Source of the DNA: an uncultured bacterium
GTDB lineage: Bacteria; Krumholzibacteriota; Krumholzibacteriia; LZORAL124-64-63
Reading direction: 5' to 3'
Length of the DNA stretch: 64,000 nucleotides
Assembly: GCA_963727525.1 (NCBI GenBank)
Contig: CAVSGO010000007.1
Coordinates: 1,024,001-1,088,000, forward strand
Under the pieces are notes generated by a model that made no database searches, was not told the origin of the DNA, and saw only the letters and a program-made list of their open reading frames with translations. How positions within the stretch are numbered: position 1 is the stretch's first letter; every line of letters begins with the position of its first letter. The translations under genes were made by a program, and so were the position numbers. Below, piece by piece: positions 8,869-17,210 of this stretch.

Positions 8869-10016
8869 TGCGCGACCTCGCCGACGGCGCCCACGCGCGT
8901 GGCGGCGGCCGACGCCTTGATCACCGCCGGGTCGCTGGTACTGGTGCCGTCGCCGTAGGCCACGGTCTCGGTGACGGACACGAGGCTGCCGTCCTGCAGC
9001 TCGCGCTGGCCACGCACCACCAGGGAATCGCCCGCGCTCACGCCCTCGCGAACGGCCACCATCAGGCCTTGCTGCGGCCCGAGCGTCACGGCGCGTCGGA
9101 CGGCGCGGCGACCCGTGACGATGTAGACCTCGTCACCGACCTGCCCCGAGAGCACCGCGTCGCGCGGCACCACGACGAGTCCGCGCGTCGTGGTCTTCGC
9201 CAGCCGCGCACGCGCGATCACACCGCTGCGCAGCGCCAGATCCGCGTTGGCGACGTCGATCTCGAGCTTGAACTTTCCGCTCTGCGGATCGGCCTCGAAA
9301 CCCACCCAGCCCACGCGGGCTTCCCGCGGTTCAGGCAGCCCGGCCACGTCCACCGTCGCGGTCTGGCCCGCGCGCAACCACTCCACCTCCGATTCGGTGA
9401 CGGTGGCCTCGAGCTTGAGCGTGAAGGGGTCGATCACGCGCGCCACGACGGTGCCGGGCGCCACGAGCTGGCCCGGCTCTACCATACGGTCGACCACGAG
9501 TCCGTCGTACGGCGCCTTGACGGCGGCACGGTCATAGCGGATCTGCGCCACGTCGCGAACCGACCGGACCCGCTCCAGCGAAGCGTCGCTCTGCAGCATC
9601 GCGAGCTGGCTGACCTTGCCGGCCGCGAAGATCTGCGACGTCTTGTCGTGGTTGTACGACTCCGTCGCCAGGTTCGCCTCGGCAGCGGCGAGGTCGGCCG
9701 CCAGCAGGCGCCGATCGAGGGCCACGATCACGTCGCCCTCGTCGACACGGCTCCCCTTGTCGTGGGCGATCGCGTCGATGGTGCCGCTCTCCTCGCTGCT
9801 GATGTCGGTGCCACGCATGGGTTCCAGCTTCCCCGACACCTCGAAGTACTCCGTGACCGGCGAGGTTTCCAGCGGCATCAGGCGCACATTGTGCGGGACC
9901 TCGCGAGAGGCCGTGTCGGGCCCCGGCTTGCTGCATCCCGTGAGGAGGACGGCGCCGAGCATGAGGACACCGCCGAGCGGCCGGCGAAGTGGACGATGCG
10001 GAAAGTTCGGCATCAT
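8865..10016 (-). CDS. RND periplasmic adaptor (membrane fusion) lipoprotein
   Basis: Lipobox LTGC; VKAPYDG..V.PGQ.V lipoyl halves; overlaps permease start (ATGA). Confidence 0.92.
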   Translation of the reverse strand: MMPNFPHRPLRRPLGGVLMLGAVLLTGCSKPGPDTASREVPHNVRLMPLETSPVTEYFEVSGKLEPMRGTDISSEESGTIDAIAHDKGSRVDEGDVIVALDRRLLAADLAAAEANLATESYNHDKTSQIFAAGKVSQLAMLQSDASLERVRSVRDVAQIRYDRAAVKAPYDGLVVDRMVEPGQLVAPGTVVARVIDPFTLKLEATVTESEVEWLRAGQTATVDVAGLPEPREARVGWVGFEADPQSGKFKLEIDVANADLALRSGVIARARLAKTTTRGLVVVPRDAVLSGQVGDEVYIVTGRRAVRRAVTLGPQQGLMVAVREGVSAGDSLVVRGQRELQDGSLVSVTETVAYGDGTSTSDPAVIKASAAATRVGAVGEVAQ

Positions 10017-10025
10017 GATCCCTCT

Positions 10026-11540
10026 CTAGCGAGCGGCCGCGACCAGACCGGGAATCTCGGTCAGGAGCACGGCGGGTGAATAACCGACGGACCGCTTCAG
10101 GCCGGCCGTCTGCGTGAGCACGTCGTAGCGCGCCCCGATCAGCGTGCGGCGCGCCGTGAGCTGACTCGACTGCGCGTCGAGAACATCCAGGTAGCTGGCC
10201 TTGCCCAGCTCGTACATCAGGAGGCTCTCGCTCAACGCCTCCTCCGCGCGGTCGAGATTCACCTCGGCAGCCCGTAGGTTCTCCCGCGCGGTGTTCAGGT
10301 TGTTGACCGTCTCGCGCACTTCCACCGCCGCGCTGCGTCGGGTACCGGCGATCTCCCTCTGGGTACGCCGGATCTGAGCCTTCGTCTCGTCCACCTGGCC
10401 CTTCGTGGACAGGCCGTTGAACACCGGCACCGTGACGGCCACCGACGCGGCCCACGATTCGTGCCCGGCGTCGAACAGGGTATTCGTGTGGTGGCCCACG
10501 TAGCCGTAGGACCCAGCGAGCGACAGGTAGGGGCGCTGGTCGGCCTTCTGCGCCTGCTTGTTGTGCTCCAGGAGGTCGATGGACAGATCCATGGCCACCA
10601 GGTCGGGTCGCTGCTGGGACAAGCGCACGGCCGAGTCCACGTCGATCGCCTCGGTCTCGATGGGCAGTTCGTTCACGATGGTCAGGGGCGCCGACGGGTC
10701 GCGTCCCATCACCGCATTGAGCCGCGCGCCGGCATTGGCCAGCGCCTGGCGCAGATTGCGCAGCTCGGGCTCCGTGTTGGCCAGCGCCACGGCGGCTTGC
10801 AGAGTATCCAGCCGCGTGGCCGTGCCCAGGCCGAAGCGCAGCTTGGCGAGGTCGAGCAGCTCCGCCTGGTTCCGATACTTCGCCTCGGCCGAGCGCATGC
10901 CCTCCGCGACGCTGACGATCATGAAGTAAGCGCTGATCACATCGAAGGACGTGGCGTGCTCCTGGCTGCGGATCAGTTCCTCCTCGCGCTCGATGCCGAT
11001 GCTGGCCGCACCCACCGCGCCAAGGATCTTGAGCGGGTTCAGCTCCCAGGTGAGACTGGCCCGGGCGCGGTAGTACGTCTGGGCCGGCACGTCCTCGGGC
11101 GCAGGCAAGAACGACCCGAACCCGGCGAGCCAGTCGGTGAACCACTCGTTGCCCGGCGGCACATCCGGGGTGGGAAAGATCGATCCGCTCGCGAAGCTCT
11201 CGTCGAGCGCGAAGCTCGGATCGCGGCTGCGCGACCAATCGCCCGTCAGGTCGAGCGATGGCAGACCATTCGAGAGCGCCTGCAGCTTCTGTCCGGACAG
11301 TTCCCGCCGCTTCTCGCGTTCAGCCTGCAGGACATCGTTCCGGGCGAGCGCGGTGTCGAGGCAAGCAGCCAGCGTCCATACCATGTGCCCACCGGGCTGG
11401 GCCTCGATCGTCGGCCCCAGCGGCGCCACCGGCGTGACGTGCGGCTGCGCTCCCGGCCCGGCCGCGGCGGCGGCGAGTGTCACGAGCAGAGCTAGACCCG
11501 CGCCTCCCAGCAACCGCACGAACAATGGTCTCTCACGCAT
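10026..11540 (-). CDS. TolC-family outer-membrane efflux protein
   Basis: Signal peptide; two OEP repeats (QRPDL, YELGKASYLDVLDAQ); start chosen at ATG 11540. Confidence 0.92.
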   Translation of the reverse strand: MRERPLFVRLLGGAGLALLVTLAAAAAGPGAQPHVTPVAPLGPTIEAQPGGHMVWTLAACLDTALARNDVLQAEREKRRELSGQKLQALSNGLPSLDLTGDWSRSRDPSFALDESFASGSIFPTPDVPPGNEWFTDWLAGFGSFLPAPEDVPAQTYYRARASLTWELNPLKILGAVGAASIGIEREEELIRSQEHATSFDVISAYFMIVSVAEGMRSAEAKYRNQAELLDLAKLRFGLGTATRLDTLQAAVALANTEPELRNLRQALANAGARLNAVMGRDPSAPLTIVNELPIETEAIDVDSAVRLSQQRPDLVAMDLSIDLLEHNKQAQKADQRPYLSLAGSYGYVGHHTNTLFDAGHESWAASVAVTVPVFNGLSTKGQVDETKAQIRRTQREIAGTRRSAAVEVRETVNNLNTARENLRAAEVNLDRAEEALSESLLMYELGKASYLDVLDAQSSQLTARRTLIGARYDVLTQTAGLKRSVGYSPAVLLTEIPGLVAAAR

Positions 11541-12192
11541 CGTCATCCTCTCCTTGGCGGTCATCATCTCGACGGCGCCAGGGTACGGCACCCTCGCCGA
11601 ATCGTTGCACCATCTCGGGCGGCACGGGCCTCTGCACGGATTCCAGCGCGGCCCTCACCAGCAGACCGCCGAGGTTGCGCAGCATCTGGGTCGCCAGATC
11701 GAGATCCGGGTCGCGCCACAGGCCCGAGCAGATGAGGGCGGCCAGTCCGTGGCTGTAGACAGCGGCCTGGAACAGTAACTCGTCCAGTACCGCTCGCGGC
11801 AGCGTACCCAGCAGCGGATGGGCCTCGAGCACGCCGAGGAGAACCTCGTTGTTCGGCGCCATCGGGCAATGATCGTCGCGCGGCTCGTAGTAGAGCGCCT
11901 TGAACAGGTTCGGGTGATCCCGCGCGAAGCGTAGGTAGCCGATCCCCATGTTCAGGAACCGCTCGTCCGTCCACGGGCGGAGGCAGTAGTCCAGCAGCAA
12001 CGCGTCCGTACGCGCGAGCGCCTGCCCCTGAAGTTCCTCCATCGACGTGAAATTGCTGTAAACCGGCGCCGTTGAGGCTCCGAGGTGGAGGGCGACGCGG
12101 CGCGCCGTCAACGCGTCGCGGCCATGGGCTTCCATCACCGCCATGGCCGCATCGAGGATGTCATCAGCGGTGAACGTCGTCCTGCGGGCCAT
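11533..12192 (-). CDS. TetR/AcrR-family regulator
   Basis: HTH ILDAA...LTARRVA..LGASTAPVYSNF; first gene of the efflux operon. Confidence 0.9.
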   Translation of the reverse strand: MARRTTFTADDILDAAMAVMEAHGRDALTARRVALHLGASTAPVYSNFTSMEELQGQALARTDALLLDYCLRPWTDERFLNMGIGYLRFARDHPNLFKALYYEPRDDHCPMAPNNEVLLGVLEAHPLLGTLPRAVLDELLFQAAVYSHGLAALICSGLWRDPDLDLATQMLRNLGGLLVRAALESVQRPVPPEMVQRFGEGAVPWRRRDDDRQGEDDDA

Positions 12193-12222
12193 CGCTGCCG
12201 TCCGATCGGGGTGCCGTGATTG

Positions 12223-12250
12223 ATAACGACAGTTATATAACATGCGTTCT
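12223..12250. promoter_or_regulatory. Tandem palindromic operators ATAAC-N4-GTTAT
   Basis: ATAACGACAGTTAT directly followed by ATAACATGCGTTCT, 30 nt upstream of tetR start. Confidence 0.65.
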
Positions 12251-12273
12251 TGACCAATGCAAACCAAAATGCC

Positions 12274-13152
12274 CTAGCCGAGGACCACACAGAGCGTCCC
12301 TGCGAGAGCCAGCCCACAGGCCGCCGCCCGACGGCGCGTGAACGGCTCCCGTAGCACGAGCGTGGCGAGCACGAGGATGAGCACCGTGGACGTCTGGTTG
12401 AGGATCGCCGCCACGCCCGTGTCCGCGTACTTCATCCCCGCGATCCACAGCAGCAACGCCACATAGCTGCCCAGCAAGGTCCCCACGAGCGTCCAGCGCC
12501 CGCTCGCCCCCGGGACCAGCGCCTCCAGGTGTCGGCGCCGATCGCGCGAAACCAGCGCCACCGGAAGCAACACGCCGAGGGCCGCCACCTGGCGCACACC
12601 GGTCGCCCAGATCACGGGCTGGTGGTCGAGAACCGGCTTGGCGATGACGATGCCGGCCGCCACCGTCGCCATCGCCAGCACGCCGAAGAGGATCCCTGCC
12701 ACGAGCTGGCTCTGAGTGATCCGATGCGCCTCGGTGCGCCGCACGGTTGTCAGGACGCCGGCAATCACCAGCACCATGCCCACAACCTGTTGCGGCGAAA
12801 GGCGCTCCCCTAGCCAGGCAAAGGCCAGCAACGACACGATGGGCGAATAGAGGCAGTCGACGATCGCGGTGATGCCCGCACCCACGCGATTGAGAGCAGC
12901 GTGGAACAGCGTATCCGAGATCGCGATACCCACCACACCGCTCAGCACGAGGAGCTCGAGGTCGCGGGTGGATGCCGCCGCCCGCAGCAGCGGCTGCCCC
13001 ACGATCGCCATCGTCACCAGCAGCAGCACCGAGGAATAGACTACCCGGAACAGGTTGAGCGTGAAAGGCGCCACCCGATCGCCGGAACGCTTGAAGCAGA
13101 TGACGGCGCCGGCCCAGACCACAGCCGTCAGCAGCGCGAAGAGTTCGCCCAT
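12274..13152 (-). CDS. DMT/EamA-family transporter
   Basis: 292 aa, ~10 TM, two EamA repeats (LGERL, LREPF). Confidence 0.9.
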   Translation of the reverse strand: MGELFALLTAVVWAGAVICFKRSGDRVAPFTLNLFRVVYSSVLLLVTMAIVGQPLLRAAASTRDLELLVLSGVVGIAISDTLFHAALNRVGAGITAIVDCLYSPIVSLLAFAWLGERLSPQQVVGMVLVIAGVLTTVRRTEAHRITQSQLVAGILFGVLAMATVAAGIVIAKPVLDHQPVIWATGVRQVAALGVLLPVALVSRDRRRHLEALVPGASGRWTLVGTLLGSYVALLLWIAGMKYADTGVAAILNQTSTVLILVLATLVLREPFTRRRAAACGLALAGTLCVVLG

Positions 13153-13167
13153 GCCGTCCTCGTTGGC

Positions 13168-14688
13168 TCAGCCGTCGCTCTCGACCAGGGGCAGGGTCAT
13201 CACCACGCGCCAGCCGCCGAGCGGCGAGGCCTCGATGGCGAGATTGCCGGCGAGCGATCGCAGTCGTTCGCGGATGGAGAACAGTCCGAATCCCGACTGT
13301 GGCTTTTGAGGGTCGGGTTGTTCCTGGCCCGGTTCTGCTTCGGGATCGAAAACCTTGCCGTCGTCGTCGACGGTGATGGAGAGTTCCCCACCGCCGTAAC
13401 GCACCGCCACCTCGGCGCAGGACGCCTGGGCGTGCTTGTGGATGTTCGCCAGCAGCTCCCGCACCACGCGGTAGGCGAGGGCGCGGACATCCTGCGGCAG
13501 GTTGCTGCTCGTCCCTTCCACCATGAGCTTGCAGACGAGTCCGCGTGTGGTGTGGAAGTTGCGGCACAACCACTCGAGCGCCGCGTCGAGCCCGACCTCG
13601 TAGAGCGCCGGCGGGAATAGCTCGAAGGTGAGGCCACGCGTCATGATCATGGTCTGATCGAGGATCGAGATCGTGTCCGTGACGATCTTGGGCGCATCCG
13701 TGAGCCGCTCCGGATACTTCAACAGCGTCACCTTGGCGCGGGCGGCGAAGAGATCCTGCGCCAGGCTGTCGTGCAGGATCTCCGCGAGTTGCCGTCGTTC
13801 GCGATCTTCCACCGTCGCAAGCTCCGTGGCGAGGTTGCGCAGCCGCGTCTGATACGCCTGCAACCGGGTCTCCGCCTCCTTCTTCTCGGTGACGTCGCGC
13901 GCCACCGTGAAGATGCGCTGCCGGTCCGGCAGCGGGAACGAACTCCACGAGATCCACCGATACGTGCCGTCGCGGCACTGCGCGCGCAGCTCGAGATCGC
14001 GCACCGTCTCCCCGGAGCGCAGGCGCCCGAGGTAGGCGAGAAATTCCGCACGGTCCTCGGCGTGGATGAAGTCGGTCAAGGGGCGCGCCATCACGTCGTC
14101 GCGCGACCAGCGCAGCACGCGGACCCAGGCCGGGTTCACCTGCTGCAGGTTCCCCCCGAAATCGCTGATGCCCAGCAGATCGACCGAGAGGTTGAAGAGA
14201 CGGTCGCGTTCCTCCTCGATCTCGCGCGTGCGCGTGAGATCGAGCAGGGAGCCCAGCAGCAGGTAGGGCCGCCCGTCGCTGCCCCATGACACCGCTGCCC
14301 GCAGTGCGAAGCGATGGTAGTGCCCATCGGCGCACTCGATCCTGACCTCGCCCTCCTCAAAGGCGCGAGCACGAGCCAGGAACTCGGCGAAGAGCTCGTC
14401 GATGCGCGCGCGGTCCTCCGGGTGGACACTCGTGCTGACGAATTCACGCAGGGTCAACGGGCGCGCGACGATGTCGGTGCCGATCAGATCGCGCAGCGGC
14501 GGCGATACCGACAGCGCGCCATCGGGCAACGTAGCCAACCAGGCGAGGGTCGTCTCGTTCTCGAGCTGCTGGAGCGCCCGCGCGGCGACCCGCCGGCCTC
14601 CGCGCGCCGCGACGACGCGACTGAGCAGGAGGCCCAGACCCGCGGCGGCAGCGCAGAGGAGTACGACGATCCAGACGGGTAAGGTCAT
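13168..14688 (-). CDS. Membrane-anchored PAS-PAS sensor histidine kinase (HisKA_3, NarX/UhpB type)
   Basis: N-terminal TM; VHPEDR and IHAEDR PAS motifs; ERRQLAEILHDSLAQ H-box; ELLANIHKHA; GFGLFSIRER. Confidence 0.9.
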   Translation of the reverse strand: MTLPVWIVVLLCAAAAGLGLLLSRVVAARGGRRVAARALQQLENETTLAWLATLPDGALSVSPPLRDLIGTDIVARPLTLREFVSTSVHPEDRARIDELFAEFLARARAFEEGEVRIECADGHYHRFALRAAVSWGSDGRPYLLLGSLLDLTRTREIEEERDRLFNLSVDLLGISDFGGNLQQVNPAWVRVLRWSRDDVMARPLTDFIHAEDRAEFLAYLGRLRSGETVRDLELRAQCRDGTYRWISWSSFPLPDRQRIFTVARDVTEKKEAETRLQAYQTRLRNLATELATVEDRERRQLAEILHDSLAQDLFAARAKVTLLKYPERLTDAPKIVTDTISILDQTMIMTRGLTFELFPPALYEVGLDAALEWLCRNFHTTRGLVCKLMVEGTSSNLPQDVRALAYRVVRELLANIHKHAQASCAEVAVRYGGGELSITVDDDGKVFDPEAEPGQEQPDPQKPQSGFGLFSIRERLRSLAGNLAIEASPLGGWRVVMTLPLVESDG

Positions 14689-14783
14689 CCCTGCTCTCCA
14701 GAAAAAGCGACGGCGGCCAGCCCCGTGGCGACCGCGAGCGTGTCGTCCCCGGAATTCTAGCCGCCGGGAGCTGCCGGAACAAG

Positions 14784-14815
14784 CACGACGCCATTTCATC
14801 ACGACGCCACTTCAG
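14784..14815. repeat. 16-bp tandem direct repeat in divergent intergenic region
   Basis: CACGACGCCATTTCAT/CACGACGCCACTTCAG, 14/16 identical. Confidence 0.75.
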
Positions 14816-14838
14816 ATCCGGCCGCTCCCGGCCGATCA
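14812..14838 (+). promoter_or_regulatory. Sigma28 (FliA)-type promoter
   Basis: TCAG-N15-GCCGATCA upstream of HDOD gene. Confidence 0.55.
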
Positions 14839-14866
14839 CTGGAGGAACCCGAGTCAGGAGGCCCCC

Positions 14867-15898
14867 GTGCCGTCGCCCCCCACGCCTATTCCCGTCCTGC
14901 CCGGCCTCGACCTCGCGGGGCTGGCCGAACCGCTGCGGCACGAGATCGCGGCCATGCCCCGGCTCACGCGCCTCGTCACCCGATTCCTCGCCTTGACCAG
15001 CGTCCCCGACGCCTCGGCCTCCCATATCGCCGAGGGGCTGGCGAGCGACGTCACCCTCGCCCACTGGCTGCTGCGCCAGGCCAACAGTGGCTACTTCAAC
15101 CTGAGCCGACCGGTCACGGGGCTGGCCGACGCCCTCGTCGTCATCGGCACCGCGCCGCTGACGCGCATGGTCTTCGCCGCCTGCACGGCCGACCTCCTGC
15201 GCCCCCGCCTGCACCGCTACCCCGGCGACGGTCCCACCTTCTGGCTGCACGCTTTCGCGGTCGGTACGATCGCGCGGGCCATCGTCCAGCATGTTGGCGA
15301 CGCCTGCGGACTGGTGCCCGACGAGGCCCTCGTGGCAGGGCTCCTGCACGACGTCGGCAAGCGCGCCCTCGATCCGCTGCTCCCACGCCGCGGCGGTCCA
15401 CACGCCGTGGCGCTCGCCGAGGAACGCGCGGTCACCGGTCGCGACCACGGAGCCGTGTCGGCCCTGCTCTGCGTCACCTGGGAACTGCCGCCCATTGTGG
15501 CGGATGCCGTCGCCCACCATCACGAGCCCGGGGATCATCGCGGCGCGGCGATGCTCGCGCTGGCCGATTCGCTGGCGCACCACGCCGGCTACGGCTTGCC
15601 GCGCCGGCCTGGCGCCGACGAGTTGCCGATGGGTGCCTGGGCACCGCTGCGCGCGTCGCTCGACCTGCCCCGCGACGACCTCGTCCACCTGCTCGCCGGC
15701 CTCGCGCCCGTGCTCGAAGGACTGGCCGAGATGCTGCGCCTGCTCGGCCACAATCCGCTGCCCGCCGATCGCGATCCCAGGCCGCAGACCAGCCCAGCGG
15801 CGGCGGAACCGCGCGAACGCATCCCTGAGCACGACCGTACGCCTGCGCGCGGGCGCGAACGCTACCGTCCGTCCGTCCGCCGCCGGGGCGGGCGCTAG
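14867..15898 (+). CDS. HDOD-domain protein
   Basis: LLRQANSGYF, FWLHAFAVG, GLLHDVGK, DHGAVSALL..WELP..VADAVAHHH; GTG start after AGGAGG. Confidence 0.88.
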   Translation: MPSPPTPIPVLPGLDLAGLAEPLRHEIAAMPRLTRLVTRFLALTSVPDASASHIAEGLASDVTLAHWLLRQANSGYFNLSRPVTGLADALVVIGTAPLTRMVFAACTADLLRPRLHRYPGDGPTFWLHAFAVGTIARAIVQHVGDACGLVPDEALVAGLLHDVGKRALDPLLPRRGGPHAVALAEERAVTGRDHGAVSALLCVTWELPPIVADAVAHHHEPGDHRGAAMLALADSLAHHAGYGLPRRPGADELPMGAWAPLRASLDLPRDDLVHLLAGLAPVLEGLAEMLRLLGHNPLPADRDPRPQTSPAAAEPRERIPEHDRTPARGRERYRPSVRRRGGR

Positions 15899-16542
15899 CT
15901 CTCGGTATCGAAAACCTCGTGCCAGCGACGTGCGGGGTCGCAGAAGCGCACGGCGTCGGGATCGAAAGCGGCCGCGTCGAACCCCGGTTCCAGCCACATC
16001 GCGATCATCTCGCGCTCCTCGCTGGCGGCCGCGCTCAACGAGGTGAGCAGGCGCGTGTAGCCGGCCGTTCCTCCACAATCCTCGGGCGGACACGCCCCCT
16101 CGCCGCCGAGGCAGCGGGGACTGGGGCCCGCCTCGTCGGCGGGAAGCACCGCCTCGAGGGCGATCTCGTGCTGCCACTGGTCCCCGAGGTCGTAGGTGTA
16201 GAGGATGGGCGGATAGTCGGGGCGGATGATGTCGCGGACCTGCACCTGCCAGCCGGGAATCACCGCATTCGAACCGTGGAACTCGCTGGCATCCGGCACC
16301 CCGATCCGCAGGCGTTCCCCCGTGTGAGGATGATCGACGGTGAAGACGTGGAGATGGCAATCGCGCCAGCCCATCACATCCTGCAGCGCGACGTGCAGGT
16401 CCCAGAACGTCGCGTTCTCCGCGACCTGCAAGGTGCGCCAGATCGGCCGCGGCGCGAGCACGAGATCGACGCGCAGCACGAAAGCATTGGGCAGCACCAC
16501 GCCCGGGAAACGTATGATGTTGTCCTGAGGTGTGTCCGTCAT
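15895..16542 (-). CDS. Plasmid pRiA4b ORF-3 family protein
   Basis: IWRTLQV...TFWDLHVALQDVMGW..CHLHVF; YTYDLGDQWQHEI; CPPEDCGG. Confidence 0.88.
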   Translation of the reverse strand: MTDTPQDNIIRFPGVVLPNAFVLRVDLVLAPRPIWRTLQVAENATFWDLHVALQDVMGWRDCHLHVFTVDHPHTGERLRIGVPDASEFHGSNAVIPGWQVQVRDIIRPDYPPILYTYDLGDQWQHEIALEAVLPADEAGPSPRCLGGEGACPPEDCGGTAGYTRLLTSLSAAASEEREMIAMWLEPGFDAAAFDPDAVRFCDPARRWHEVFDTES

Positions 16543-17210
16543 CGCTTCTGATCCTCTTCGAGCGCTCGTTGCGCCAGTCGGCCCACGATCACCAGGAGCA
16601 CGACCGCGGCAAGGGCCCCCACGAGCATGAGCACCACCCGCGCGGCGCCGATCTCGCTCACGCCGCCCGCATGACCGACCGCTCGCGCCGTGCTGCCGAT
16701 GAACACCTGCAGAGCGGCGGTCGGCAAGACCAGGAGCGTCGCCACCAGGTACGGGACCACCGGTACCCGGCTCATGCCCAGTACGTAGTTCACCAGCCCG
16801 TAGTTGAGCGGCGACAGGCGCAGCAGCATCATGATGCGCAGAGCGTCGTCGTCCGCGAGGCGTACGAAGCGCTGCCAGCGCACATGGCCGGCAAGCCAGC
16901 GCTCCCGCCGGCCGCTCAACCAGCGCCGGCTCGCCCCGTACATGATCGCCGCCGTCATCACGTCCGCCAGAGCCAGTACAGTGAGGCCGGTCCGAAAACC
17001 GAAAAGGATCCCGGCCAGGAACCCCAGCACCGAGACCGGAAAGAAGCACGACACCGCGACGACGTGCAAGCCCACGAACACGGGCCCTCGCCACTGACCC
17101 AGGCCGCGCAGCCAGGATTCCAGGTCGCCGGCGTAGAAACGCAGCCCCGCGACGAGGCCGATCCCCACCGCCACTGCGGCTACGATTCGCACGCGCGCGC
17201 TCACGGTCAT
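16539..17210 (-). CDS. TVP38/TMEM64 (VTT/DedA) family membrane protein
   Basis: AGILFG, LLRLSPL.YGLVNY..G motif; coupled to both neighbours by ATGA overlaps. Confidence 0.85.
   Translation of the reverse strand: MTVSARVRIVAAVAVGIGLVAGLRFYAGDLESWLRGLGQWRGPVFVGLHVVAVSCFFPVSVLGFLAGILFGFRTGLTVLALADVMTAAIMYGASRRWLSGRRERWLAGHVRWQRFVRLADDDALRIMMLLRLSPLNYGLVNYVLGMSRVPVVPYLVATLLVLPTAALQVFIGSTARAVGHAGGVSEIGAARVVLMLVGALAAVVLLVIVGRLAQRALEEDQKR

Noticed and set aside
15895-16542. Plasmid origin implied by the pRiA4b ORF-3 family name
   Set aside because: Family is common on chromosomes; gene is coupled to the peptidase-VTT operon and no mobility genes are near
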